Assembly (NCBI GenBank): GCA_013359265.1
Contig: JABWCD010000012.1
Location: 8,458-72,457, forward strand
Direction of reading: 5' to 3'
DNA length: 64,000 bases
Source: Candidatus Hydrogenedentota bacterium
Lineage (GTDB): Bacteria; Hydrogenedentota; Hydrogenedentia; Hydrogenedentales; SLHB01
Part shown: positions 48,203-57,852 of the stretch, piece by piece
Layout of the letters: each line of letters opens with the position of its first letter
How positions within the stretch are numbered: position 1 is the stretch's first letter
Position numbers and translations under genes: made by a program
The notes under the pieces: generated by a model
What the model was told of the DNA's origin: nothing
Databases searched by the model: none
Seen by the model: only the letters and a program-made list of their open reading frames with translations

Positions 48203-49576
48203 TTATTTGAATGGCGGCTTCAGCGTCACCAAGTCCGTGCGCGTTGTGCCGTTTTCGGTCATCTTGGCGAGAAATCCAATCGTGCCGTCCTTCGCGATGG
48301 CTATGGAATTGATGTTTATCGGCCTGTCGCCATTGTCGTAGAAGATGGCCCCGTTGTCCCGATAGGCCCGCGCCGGAATGTCGAACGTAACCAAGTGCAG
48401 GTTCTCGCGGCCTTTTACTTCACCCATTGCCGTGGCCGATTTCCCGGCGACGCGCTTTCCGTCTTCGTAAATTGGCCCGCCGGTCAGGTAGTAGATCGTC
48501 TTTCCATCGGGTCCCAGTGCGAACCCGAGATAACCGTAACTGAATTGGTCGAACATACCGCTACGCTTGGACGGTTCGGAAGTAATACGGTCAATGACTT
48601 CCACGCGTTCCTTCGCGGGGTCGAAACGGAACAGATACCCCGAATTGCCGTGCACGCCGTAGACCATTTTCTCCGCCGCGTACCAAAATGTCTGCCGCCA
48701 GTTATAGCCCATGTGCCCCGGCGACGCCGGATCGTATAGTCCAAAATAGTCCTTCTTCAGATCGTCTCCGGCTACGGGCGCAACAGTCTCACTATCGTAA
48801 TCGTATCGAAAGATCGTGCCGTCGGAATTCGTAAAGTACGCGGCGCCATCGGCAGGATTGATGCAGATCGATCGGCACAGCGTGCGATACGTCGGGCCGG
48901 CTCCGTCCTCACCTTGCTCGGAGATCGGACCGAACGTTTTGTACTCCTTCTTCGCAAGGTCATAGCGAAAGAAGATTCCCTTGGGCCACGTAATTCCGTA
49001 CATGCGCCCGCGTTTCACGTCCATGTTCGTCGTAAGAATTCCTTCGAACGGGACCGCAATGCCGAGGTCGTCAAATACCTTCGATTTCATATCGAACGCA
49101 AGCAAGTGCCCGCCGGGGTATCGTGTCCACCCCGCCGGCGGCACGCCCATCTTCTCCATGCCGTCGATGATGCTGTAAAAGCCGGCATGCGTAGAGAAGT
49201 ACAGTTTTCCGCCGGACTCCACAAAGTTTACATGGCTCTTGCCCTGTACGACGGACTTCTTACCCTTTTCGCCGCAGGCCTCCGTGATGTCGCCAAGCGA
49301 TTCGATCGATCCCGTCGCTGGATCGAACGAGAACATGCGCGCGCCGACGTCGTGTACATACGTGCTAAGCACGTAGTAGATTTTGCCGTCGCTCGCCGCT
49401 CCCATTCCGTTATACGTGTCGTGCCCGTCGGGAAAACCGGAATCGTGCTTGACCCCAATGAGCTTGTGCGCGGGCAGGAACGGGTCCTGTTGCGCATGCG
49501 CCGAGCAGAGGCACACCAGCGCGACCGCGGCGATCGCCACAAGAAAAGCCGGGTGCTTGATCGCATGGACTTTCAT
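48203..49576 (-). CDS. Secreted beta-propeller-like protein, hypothetical
   Basis: The real start is ATG 49576 behind GAGGTGG (MKVHAIKHPAFLVAIAAVALVCLCSAHA signal). Blade motifs recur (GKIYYV, GKLYFST, GRMYGIT, GTIFRYD, GYLFRFD, KTIYYLT). The upstream part of ORF 48203..50665 is a shadow of the aminotransferase gene. Confidence 0.75.
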   Translation of the reverse strand: MKVHAIKHPAFLVAIAAVALVCLCSAHAQQDPFLPAHKLIGVKHDSGFPDGHDTYNGMGAASDGKIYYVLSTYVHDVGARMFSFDPATGSIESLGDITEACGEKGKKSVVQGKSHVNFVESGGKLYFSTHAGFYSIIDGMEKMGVPPAGWTRYPGGHLLAFDMKSKVFDDLGIAVPFEGILTTNMDVKRGRMYGITWPKGIFFRYDLAKKEYKTFGPISEQGEDGAGPTYRTLCRSICINPADGAAYFTNSDGTIFRYDYDSETVAPVAGDDLKKDYFGLYDPASPGHMGYNWRQTFWYAAEKMVYGVHGNSGYLFRFDPAKERVEVIDRITSEPSKRSGMFDQFSYGYLGFALGPDGKTIYYLTGGPIYEDGKRVAGKSATAMGEVKGRENLHLVTFDIPARAYRDNGAIFYDNGDRPININSIAIAKDGTIGFLAKMTENGTTRTDLVTLKPPFK

Positions 49577-49605
49577 AATATCCACCTCTCGCTTTGTGTC
49601 CTCGG

Positions 49606-50940
49606 TTACGCCGCGGGCATCGAGTCGCGGTGCGCCCACACCTTCTCGAACGCCCGCACGTATTGTTCGATCAACTCCGGCGCATCGTCGTATACCAACG
49701 GCATAAAAATATGGTTCGCGTTCACGTATTCGTTGCCGGGCATCGACTCCGGGATCGTGGGCGGATGGTGCCACCACTTCGCCTCCGAGTATATCGCGAG
49801 CTTGTGCTGTTGCGGATAGTCCCAGAAGCTTGCGTTCACGCCTTCGGCCTTCAGCGCCTTCACCAGTGCATCGCGCGTGATTCCCGCCTGCTTGTAGTCC
49901 ACGAACAACAGGTTTGCCCAGTAGTACGCGCGCTCCTGGTCCGGACGGCAGACCGGCTCCGAAATGCCCGGCAGTTGAGTAATGCGGTCGTTCATCGCGC
50001 GAACGTTCTTCCTGACAATGGCGTTGGTCCGGTCGAGCGACTTGAGCTGCTCGCGCGCAAGCGCCGCCGCCATCGGGTGCATTCGATACTTCTGCCCGAA
50101 CCCCGTACCTGCATACGCTCGGACGGGGCTGCTCTCCGGAAACTTGACCGGATCCTCGTAATGACCGAACGCGGCCGCGCGTTCGAAGTACTCCCGCGTT
50201 TGGTACATTCCCATACCGCCTTCGACAGTAGGCATCACCTTCGTCGTTTGGAAGCTGAAAATCCCCATCGCGCCCCATGTACCCATCTTCTTTCCTTGCA
50301 TTGACGCGCCATGCGCGTGCGCCGCGTCTTCGAGCAGAATCAGTCCCTTCTCCTTGCACCATTCGCCGATACGGTCTAACTCGCACGGCAGGCCCCACGA
50401 ATGCATCGCCTCGACGGCCTTGACATTCGGCGTGAGCTTTCGCTTGGCATCTTCGAGATCGAGGCATGCCGTCTTCGGGTCGACGTCCACGAACACCGGC
50501 ACCAACCCGAAGAACCGCATTGCGAGACACGCAGAGAAGAACGTGTACGAAGGCACCATGATCTCGCTGCCCGGCGGCAGATCGAGCGCAAAGTACATGC
50601 TGGTCAGCGCGCTCGATCCGTTCATGTGCGCCTTCACAAACGGCGAGTTCGTGTACGCCTTCCATTCCTCCTCGAACAGCGGCAGCTCTTCGTAAAACTT
50701 GTTGCTCTCAATCAGTTCGTGCAAGCGCGCCCTTTCCGCCTTGCCGTAGCGCGGCCAGCGGGTCAGCGCCGATACACGCTCCGGCGAAAGTCTGACGGCT
50801 GCCGGCCCGCCGTTGACGGCGAGCGTTTCGGAGTTCGCGGCGCGTACCCCGCTGCTCAATGCGAGGCTCGCGGTGACGGCGCTGCCGGTGGCGATGAAGT
50901 CGCGTCGGGACACCGGCACGGATGAGATTTTTGCGGGCAT
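49606..50940 (-). CDS. DegT/DnrJ/EryC1/StrS-family PLP aminotransferase with a twin-arginine signal peptide
   Basis: ATG 50940. The Tat motif is VSRRDFIATGSAVTASLALSSGVRA. The PLP-lysine context is GIFSFQTTKVM, and the body is DegT-like (LLEDAAHAHG). Confidence 0.85.
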   Translation of the reverse strand: MPAKISSVPVSRRDFIATGSAVTASLALSSGVRAANSETLAVNGGPAAVRLSPERVSALTRWPRYGKAERARLHELIESNKFYEELPLFEEEWKAYTNSPFVKAHMNGSSALTSMYFALDLPPGSEIMVPSYTFFSACLAMRFFGLVPVFVDVDPKTACLDLEDAKRKLTPNVKAVEAMHSWGLPCELDRIGEWCKEKGLILLEDAAHAHGASMQGKKMGTWGAMGIFSFQTTKVMPTVEGGMGMYQTREYFERAAAFGHYEDPVKFPESSPVRAYAGTGFGQKYRMHPMAAALAREQLKSLDRTNAIVRKNVRAMNDRITQLPGISEPVCRPDQERAYYWANLLFVDYKQAGITRDALVKALKAEGVNASFWDYPQQHKLAIYSEAKWWHHPPTIPESMPGNEYVNANHIFMPLVYDDAPELIEQYVRAFEKVWAHRDSMPAA

Positions 50941-51004
50941 TGGGACGTCCCCCTGAATGATTGCTGTTTGGTGACTGAATCGCGCTGCAATTCGCGCCCC
51001 CCGG

Positions 51005-51874
51005 CTACACGAACGTACCGAGTGTGCGGAGATACGCAACCGATTCCTCGATCGCGTGCTTCGTCTGCTCTTCATCGAGGTTGACACCCTGGGTGCCCTC
51101 GAACTCCAATGTCACCGGTCCGGCGTACCCGCACGCGTCGAGCACGCCGAACACGCCTTTGAAATCGACTACGCCCTTACCGAGCGGCGGAAATTCCCAC
51201 GTCTCGAAGCCGCCATTGTGGTCTTTCACTTCGACCGTCGCGACATAGTCAACAATGGTTTTCAACTCGTCCACCGCATTTCGTCCGCGGTTGTAGTAGG
51301 TGATATTGCCCGTGTCGAAGTTCACACGAACATTTTGGTGATTGATCGCCTTCATGGTTTCGAGCTGGATGGCGCCGTTGGTCCCGAGATCGGGGTGCGT
51401 CTCCAGCGACAGGACGACATTGTGAGCTCTGGCGACGTCTCCCGCTTTGCGCAAATGTTCGTACGCGACTTCCTTGGGTGCGTTCGCGTGTTTCGGAGAC
51501 AGAAACATGTAACCCACACCCATCTTCTGGCACGTGGCAATCTGGACGGCAAGCGCGTCTACACTCGATGCCTCGGACAAGTCCGCGCTGCCGCGCATCA
51601 CGAGCGGCGTCAACGAGTGTTGCGCGAGACGTGTTAACGTTTGCTCGACTTGATCCGGCTCGGGAACGTTCAGAAAAAGGTGCTTCACGCCGACCTCCGG
51701 CACGTGCGACCATGCGGCGCTCTCGAACTTGCCGTAACTCGCCAGGCGGCAGGCAAGCGGCCTGGCGGGAGCAGCCGGCCTCGCCGGATCGAGTATCGAA
51801 AGCGCTGCGGCTGCCCCGGAAACTTTGATAAAGTCGCGTCGCGAAAGCGGAGCGGCGGGAAAGTCTTGGCGCAT
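51005..51874 (-). CDS. Xylose-isomerase-like TIM-barrel protein (sugar phosphate isomerase/epimerase family) with a Tat signal
   Basis: The Tat motif is LSRRDFIKVSGAAAALSIL. The body matches the AP-endonuclease-2/xylose-isomerase-like fold pattern (LSLETHPDLG, VNFDTGNITYY). Confidence 0.8.
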   Translation of the reverse strand: MRQDFPAAPLSRRDFIKVSGAAAALSILDPARPAAPARPLACRLASYGKFESAAWSHVPEVGVKHLFLNVPEPDQVEQTLTRLAQHSLTPLVMRGSADLSEASSVDALAVQIATCQKMGVGYMFLSPKHANAPKEVAYEHLRKAGDVARAHNVVLSLETHPDLGTNGAIQLETMKAINHQNVRVNFDTGNITYYNRGRNAVDELKTIVDYVATVEVKDHNGGFETWEFPPLGKGVVDFKGVFGVLDACGYAGPVTLEFEGTQGVNLDEEQTKHAIEESVAYLRTLGTFV

Positions 51875-52025
51875 GGCACCGGCCCCCAAGTGAGCGATAT
51901 CCCCCGATACCTCTCGAGCGAATCATACGCCTGTCTCGCCGCCTCCCGCAAGGTTTGGCGGCGTGCTAAAATAGCGGCGGGGGGAATCGGCTGCGTGCGC
52001 GGGAGCGGCCGAGGGGGAGCCGCAA

Positions 52026-52661
52026 ATGTTTAGGCATTCACGCGATCATAACTCGAATGCTGCGATGCGCTGCGTTGCACCGCGCAACCAGGCAGCCAAG
52101 CAACTCGAGGAACTGCTTCGCGCGCGGCGGTCAGTGCGCAAGTATGCGGCGGCGCCGATTGCGTTGGAGCACGTCTCGCAACTGCTGTGGGTCGCGCAAG
52201 GAAACGTCGGCGAGACGGGCCTACGGACCGTCCCCTCCGCGGGCGCGCTATACCCCCTAAGCGTGTACGCCGTCGCGGGCGATGTTGACGGGCTTGCCCC
52301 CGGCGTGTACGGGTACGCCCCGCGCAGCCACGCCCTCCGGCGCGTGTGCGATCGCGATCTGCGCGATGCGCTCAGCGAAGCCGCGCTCGGACAGGAATGG
52401 GTGCGCACCGCGGCGGTGGATTTGCTCATCGTTGCGGACTACACGCACACCACCGATCGATATCATGACCGTGGGCTGCGATACGTCTACATGGAAGCCG
52501 GGCACGCGAGCCAAAACGTGTATCTTCTCGCGACGGCACTCGGCCTGGCTACAGTTGCGGTCGGTGCATTCGACGACGACCGCGTCGCGCACGCTCTAAA
52601 CCTGCCATACACCGAACATCCGCTGTACATTATGCCGGTTGGCGTGGCGCTCGCGCCTTAA
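52026..52661 (+). CDS. SagB/ThcOx-type nitroreductase-superfamily dehydrogenase
   Basis: It has RRSVRKY, PSAGALYP and YMEAGHASQNVYL, signatures typical of the SagB-type subfamily. The start may instead be the internal Met at codon 14. Confidence 0.8.
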   Translation: MFRHSRDHNSNAAMRCVAPRNQAAKQLEELLRARRSVRKYAAAPIALEHVSQLLWVAQGNVGETGLRTVPSAGALYPLSVYAVAGDVDGLAPGVYGYAPRSHALRRVCDRDLRDALSEAALGQEWVRTAAVDLLIVADYTHTTDRYHDRGLRYVYMEAGHASQNVYLLATALGLATVAVGAFDDDRVAHALNLPYTEHPLYIMPVGVALAP

Positions 52662-52818
52662 TCTCGCGGCGCCCGGCGGAATCCTTTCGATCAGAAGCGC
52701 GGCGTGCATTGTGGCCGATCGAGAAAGTCGGGCCCTGTCTCCTGAGACGTCTCGTGTTCTTTGTGCCTTCTTGGTGAATTTTCTCCGAATTCTTCGCGTT
52801 AGCTGATACACTAATCTG

Positions 52819-55800
52819 ATGAGCCCGTCACCCACATTGCGCCTGCGGATTCCGGGCAAGCGTCAGCGATGGCCATTCGTCCTCGCGGCGCTGGTCGTCG
52901 TGCTGGTCGCCGGTCTGCAGGCCGCGAAGTACCTCATTGACGCGGACAAATACCGCCCCTTCCTCATCGAGCGCATCACAAAGAACACCGGGTTGCCCGC
53001 AACGGTCGAGCGGATGGATTTCGCGGTGTTTCCCGTGCCCGCACTCCAGGCGCGCAACATTACCGTGGGCGAAGGCGACTTTCGGGCCACGTGCTCGGAA
53101 CTCAACGCGTACCCAAACCTCGCAAGCCTGCTGCGCGGCGTGATAGACATCAACCGTCTCGATATCGAGTCCCTCGCCGCCACCCTTCCGGCAAAGCCGG
53201 GTGATCTCAAAGCGCGAATCGACGCCATGCTCCAGGCGCACAGTGAACACGTCACGAGCGGCACAAAGGTGGACAGTGGAGTAAAACTCGCCATCGGCCG
53301 CATTGAAGCGCCGGGCGCGGCCATTACGATGCACGGCAGCGAGCTACCTGTATTCTCGGGAAACCTCGCTGCAACCAACGTATTGTCGGACACTATCGAC
53401 ATCATTGCGGATGCTAAGTCGCCCGCGTACGGCGAAGACTCGCGCGTTGCCGGCACGATTACGCTCAAGCGCAATGCTCCCGCGGAGATCGGCCTTGGCG
53501 TTCACGGCGAGCTCGACCTCACAAATGTGGATACGGCAACCTTGTTTAAGGCATCGCGCGTGCCGCGGGCAATTGCGACAGTGCACGCAGTAATCGAGCG
53601 CACGGCAGCCAGCCAAGTCAAGATAGCGCTGGACGGCGCGGCGAACCCCGTGCCGGTGGAAGGCTTCGATCTGAGCGCGATTGCCGGCGCGTTTACCGGG
53701 GTCGCGTGGTGGGACACTGGACAGATTACGATCAATGAACTGAACTGGAAAGCGCCTGGCCTACAGTTCGTTTCCGATATCACCATCGAGCCGGACGGCG
53801 CGATTGCCACGCGTGTGAAGGAAGCAACCGCAAACCGCGACGGCGTGCAGGCGTTCCTGGCGGCGCAGCCATCGGCCAACTATCGCATTTCCCCGGCGGA
53901 AAGCGCGCAAGCGTCCGCCAAGGACTTGCTCATCGGTATGACGGCGGACAAGAAACTTCGCCTCGCCGCTGGAACCGGGTCGTTCAGTGGGGTCGATCTG
54001 ACGTTGCCCAAGGGCCAGCGCGCCATCGCGGGATTCGCCGGCGAAGTCGCGTTCGAAAACGATGCCGTTAAGATAGTCGCATTGAAGGCCGAGGACCTTT
54101 CGATCACGGGCACGGTGAAGCCGAACTTCGGCGAGGGCACCGCGGCGGTGGAATTGCAGGGAGCAGTCAAACTTACGCGCGAACGCCTGGGCATGGTCAT
54201 GCCGCTCGACGCAATCAAAGACGCCAAAGGAAGCATCGCGCTCGATCGGGTTACCGGTACGTTTTCCTCAGGCGGCGGCGTACCGGAAGACCTGTCGATC
54301 GCTGGAAAGCTGTCCGGCGGGTCGCTCGCAATCGATACGCCATCGTGGACGGACCAATTTGCAGACGCACACGCGGAATTCAAAGCTACGCCCGGCAAGA
54401 TCGACACGACTGCGACCGCAACCTCGCGGAAATTGGGAAGCGTCAGCGTAAGCGGAGTGTATACTATCGCGAAACGAACCTGGAGCGGTTCCGCGCGCGG
54501 CAATCTGGCGAATATGGATTTGCCATTTCTGAAACAGGAAGCCGCGAAGAAAGTCGCGCCCGGCATCGTCGCCGCGTATGGTGAATCGAAGTTCGGTGTC
54601 GACCTTAGCCTGCCCACGGAAAAGGACCCGCTGATCCACGTCAATTTCGAGCGATCGGGCGATCCGCGGCTCGCCGGGGCTGTCGCCATGCGCAACGCAA
54701 AGAGCGGCTGGGAACTTGGCGATGTAAGCATTGATGCGTCAATTCCCGGCGACGCGTTGCAGCCCATGATGCCCGAAGGTGTCCGCGCCGATGGTAACGT
54801 ACCAGTAATATTCAAGCGCGACGCAGCCAAGGGTGTGTTCGACGCAACCGTCAACGTAGATGATGCCAATGTCGCGTTGAGCGATTACCTCACGAAGCGC
54901 GCGGGCACCTCCGCGAGCATCGAAATTCACGGTGTCGCGACGACCGGCAACTGGGCCGCGAAACAAATTCAGATCGTATGTCTCGATCAAACCATCGACG
55001 GCCGGTTCACCGAATCGCGCTTCGAAATTCCGCAATTCGACGTCAGCGCGGGGGCGCTCGCAGCGCTCATGCCGGAGGGCACAAAGGCGGGCGGCCGCAT
55101 ACGCGGCAAAGCTGCCACACAGCCCCTCGAAGCCAATATCATGTTGGACAATGTGAACTTCGCGTTGAGCGACGCGCTGGGCATGGACAACCTCAACGGC
55201 GCAGTGGCGTACAACGACGGTGGGATATCGTGCAACGATTTGAGCGTTCGGGGGGCGGACTCCGACTTCACGTTGGATATGGTGTCGCGCGATGGCAAAT
55301 GGTCCGGCGCGCTAACGGGCAAGCGGCTCAATGTGAACGAACTGCTCGAGATGAAGGCGAAATTTCAAGAATCTTCCCTTGTATCGAACACGGCCGCAAC
55401 CGGCTCTGCTTCGCCGAATTCCGGATTCACCGGCAAATTCGACGTTAACATGGCCAATGTCGTCTATCGAAAAGCGCAGTTGAGCAACATGTTCACAAAC
55501 GTCACGGCGCTGAACGGCGACATCGAGCTTGGCAACCTCACCCTCGCAAGCCACGGCGGCGCCACATCCGGCTGGATACGCGTCATGCAACCGCGCGGCG
55601 AGCGTCCGGCATCCACCACAATGAGCCTCAAATTGGACGGGGTCGACCTCGCGATCATCGACGACATTGCGCTCGAGGAGTCGCGCGGCGTGAAGGGAGC
55701 CACGTCGGGACAGGTCGACCTCGAGCTATTTACCGGCGAAACAATTCCTCCGTTCTCCGGTGCGAACGGCGCCGTGAGGCTCCGCTCGACGGATGGCACC

Positions 55801-56307
55801 TTCGGGAAAGTGGGCATGGCGACCAAGGTCTTGTCCGTTTTGCGCACGCTCGAAATCACCCGGCTCCGCGCGCCTAAGCTGAAGGACCAGGGTTTGTCGT
55901 TCGACACCTGCGAGTCTCAAGCCACCTTCACCAATGGCGTCATGCAGCTTCAATCCCTCGCGATGACTACGCCGAGTTACAACATCACCGCATTCGGTAT
56001 GATCGATTTCAACAATCAAAACAGCGAGGTCCTCGTGCACGTGGACATCCTGGAAACGGTCCTCGGTGCAGCGGACCTCGTGCCCGGGCTTGACGCGCTC
56101 GTGGGACAGGTCCGTTCCGCGGGCGGTGTCCGCATCCTCCTCACCGGCCCGCCTACCGACCCCAACGTGAGCTATGGCTTTGGATCGAAAACCAATGCCA
56201 TCACCGGCGAGGTGCGCGACACCGTGAAATCGACCGGCAACATCGTGCGCGACGAGATCATTAATCGTGCGGCGGATGCGCTCAGAGGCATTCTAACCAA
56301 CCCCTGA
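52819..56307 (+). CDS. AsmA-family (AsmA/TamB-like) envelope protein
   Basis: 1162 aa. A single N-terminal TM is followed by an AsmA-type start (YLIDADKYRPFLIERITKNTGLPATVERMDF). The long beta-rich body ends in an AsmA_2-like C-terminus. Confidence 0.8.
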   Translation: MSPSPTLRLRIPGKRQRWPFVLAALVVVLVAGLQAAKYLIDADKYRPFLIERITKNTGLPATVERMDFAVFPVPALQARNITVGEGDFRATCSELNAYPNLASLLRGVIDINRLDIESLAATLPAKPGDLKARIDAMLQAHSEHVTSGTKVDSGVKLAIGRIEAPGAAITMHGSELPVFSGNLAATNVLSDTIDIIADAKSPAYGEDSRVAGTITLKRNAPAEIGLGVHGELDLTNVDTATLFKASRVPRAIATVHAVIERTAASQVKIALDGAANPVPVEGFDLSAIAGAFTGVAWWDTGQITINELNWKAPGLQFVSDITIEPDGAIATRVKEATANRDGVQAFLAAQPSANYRISPAESAQASAKDLLIGMTADKKLRLAAGTGSFSGVDLTLPKGQRAIAGFAGEVAFENDAVKIVALKAEDLSITGTVKPNFGEGTAAVELQGAVKLTRERLGMVMPLDAIKDAKGSIALDRVTGTFSSGGGVPEDLSIAGKLSGGSLAIDTPSWTDQFADAHAEFKATPGKIDTTATATSRKLGSVSVSGVYTIAKRTWSGSARGNLANMDLPFLKQEAAKKVAPGIVAAYGESKFGVDLSLPTEKDPLIHVNFERSGDPRLAGAVAMRNAKSGWELGDVSIDASIPGDALQPMMPEGVRADGNVPVIFKRDAAKGVFDATVNVDDANVALSDYLTKRAGTSASIEIHGVATTGNWAAKQIQIVCLDQTIDGRFTESRFEIPQFDVSAGALAALMPEGTKAGGRIRGKAATQPLEANIMLDNVNFALSDALGMDNLNGAVAYNDGGISCNDLSVRGADSDFTLDMVSRDGKWSGALTGKRLNVNELLEMKAKFQESSLVSNTAATGSASPNSGFTGKFDVNMANVVYRKAQLSNMFTNVTALNGDIELGNLTLASHGGATSGWIRVMQPRGERPASTTMSLKLDGVDLAIIDDIALEESRGVKGATSGQVDLELFTGETIPPFSGANGAVRLRSTDGTFGKVGMATKVLSVLRTLEITRLRAPKLKDQGLSFDTCESQATFTNGVMQLQSLAMTTPSYNITAFGMIDFNNQNSEVLVHVDILETVLGAADLVPGLDALVGQVRSAGGVRILLTGPPTDPNVSYGFGSKTNAITGEVRDTVKSTGNIVRDEIINRAADALRGILTNP

Positions 56308-56389
56308 CGCCGGCAGCCGTGCGTCCATTGACCCGCGCCCCCGCCGTTCGCTACGCTACCCGGATTAAGCAACCAATCCCCCAGGCAGC

Positions 56390-57730
56390 ATGTCCACGCG
56401 CGAACCGCTCCAAACGCCCCCGTCGGATGCCGATACGAAACGCATTTTGCGCATCGTCTTCTTCATCGTCTTTCTCGATATGGCGGGGTTTTCCGTCATC
56501 TTTCCGCTATACCCGAGCATGCTCGATTACTACCTCGCGCGCGAAGGATCGTCCGGCGTACTGGGTTCGATTGTTTCCTGGCTGGATCAGTTGCGTCTAT
56601 GGCTCGGCGCGCGCCCCGAGCAGGGTCACGACATCATCTTCGGCGGATTTCTCAGCGCGCTCTACGCGTTGCTGCAGTTCATCTGCGCGCCGATATTAGG
56701 CGGCATTTCCGATCGTGTCGGGCGCCGCCCAATTCTACTGTTCGCAATCGCCGGACTCGCGCTTTCCTACGGCCTGTGGTTCTTCGCCAGCACGTTTCTC
56801 ACGCTGGTCGTCGCCCGGCTGATCGGCGGCCTGATGAGCGGAAACATTTCCGCGGCGTCCGCGGTCATCGCCGACGTCACGACGGACAGGAACCGCTCCC
56901 GCGGAATGGCCGTGCTCGGATTTGGCATTGGCGTGGCGTTCATGTGCGGGCCTGCCATCGGCGGCATTTCGTCAATGCTGGACCTAACGCGGCATTGGCC
57001 CAGCCTGGAGGCATATGGGGTCAATCCGTATTCGGCCGCGGCAGGCGCCTCAATGCTGCTGGCCGTGCTCAACTGGCTCGTGGTTGCATGGGGTCTTCCG
57101 GAGACGCTGCCGCGAAACGGCGCGACGGAGCGCGTCCCGCGCTCCGTCAATCCATTGGCCATGTTTGTGGTTCGTTACCGGGGCGTTACGCGCGCTAACG
57201 TCACGTACTTCATCTTTCTGTTGGCGTTCTCCGGCATGATGGAATTCGCGATCACGTTCCTTGTCAAGGACCGCTTCGATTTTCAACCCGGCCAAATAGC
57301 CGTCATGTTCCTTTTCGTAGGCTTTGTGCTCGCCTTGGCGCAGGGCACTTACGTCCGGAGGCGCAGCGACGTCATCGGACCCAAGCGCATGAGCATTCAC
57401 GGGCTGCTCTGCATTGTGCCCGGTATAGCGATAGTTGGAATGGCGCAATCGATCTGGATGCTCTATCTCGGGCTTGTCCTCACCACCGTCGGCTCGGCCC
57501 AGGTGCGCCCCTGTATGTCTGCCTTAGTCTCGCTGTACACGCCGCCCAACGACCAGGGACGCATACTCGGCGTCTTCCGCTCTCTCGAAGGCCTCACCCG
57601 GGCGATGAGCCCGCTTTTGGCCTGCCTGCTTTACTGGAACCTGGGTGCCCCAAAGGCATACGGGGTTGCGGCATTCGCCGTTACCGCATCTTTGGCGCTC
57701 GCGCTGACCCTTCCTAAGTTTACAAAATAA
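56390..57730 (+). CDS. MFS transporter
   Basis: 446 aa with about 12 TM helices. MFS motif A is GGISDRVGRRPILL. Confidence 0.88.
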   Translation: MSTREPLQTPPSDADTKRILRIVFFIVFLDMAGFSVIFPLYPSMLDYYLAREGSSGVLGSIVSWLDQLRLWLGARPEQGHDIIFGGFLSALYALLQFICAPILGGISDRVGRRPILLFAIAGLALSYGLWFFASTFLTLVVARLIGGLMSGNISAASAVIADVTTDRNRSRGMAVLGFGIGVAFMCGPAIGGISSMLDLTRHWPSLEAYGVNPYSAAAGASMLLAVLNWLVVAWGLPETLPRNGATERVPRSVNPLAMFVVRYRGVTRANVTYFIFLLAFSGMMEFAITFLVKDRFDFQPGQIAVMFLFVGFVLALAQGTYVRRRSDVIGPKRMSIHGLLCIVPGIAIVGMAQSIWMLYLGLVLTTVGSAQVRPCMSALVSLYTPPNDQGRILGVFRSLEGLTRAMSPLLACLLYWNLGAPKAYGVAAFAVTASLALALTLPKFTK

Positions 57731-57852
57731 GAATATTAATCGATTTTAGTGTAATTATTTAATCTGTTCTTGGATTATCGTTACAAACGGTGCCGCTTGT
57801 GGTATACTTACCCGGGGCTATGGGACTGGGCCCACACGGGAGGCTTTTTTTC

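Noticed and set aside
48203-50665. 820-aa minus-strand ORF
   Set aside because: Only the C-terminal 457 aa (from ATG 49576, with an RBS and signal peptide) look like a protein. The N-terminal part overlaps the DegT aminotransferase gene in another frame and is Arg-rich nonsense.
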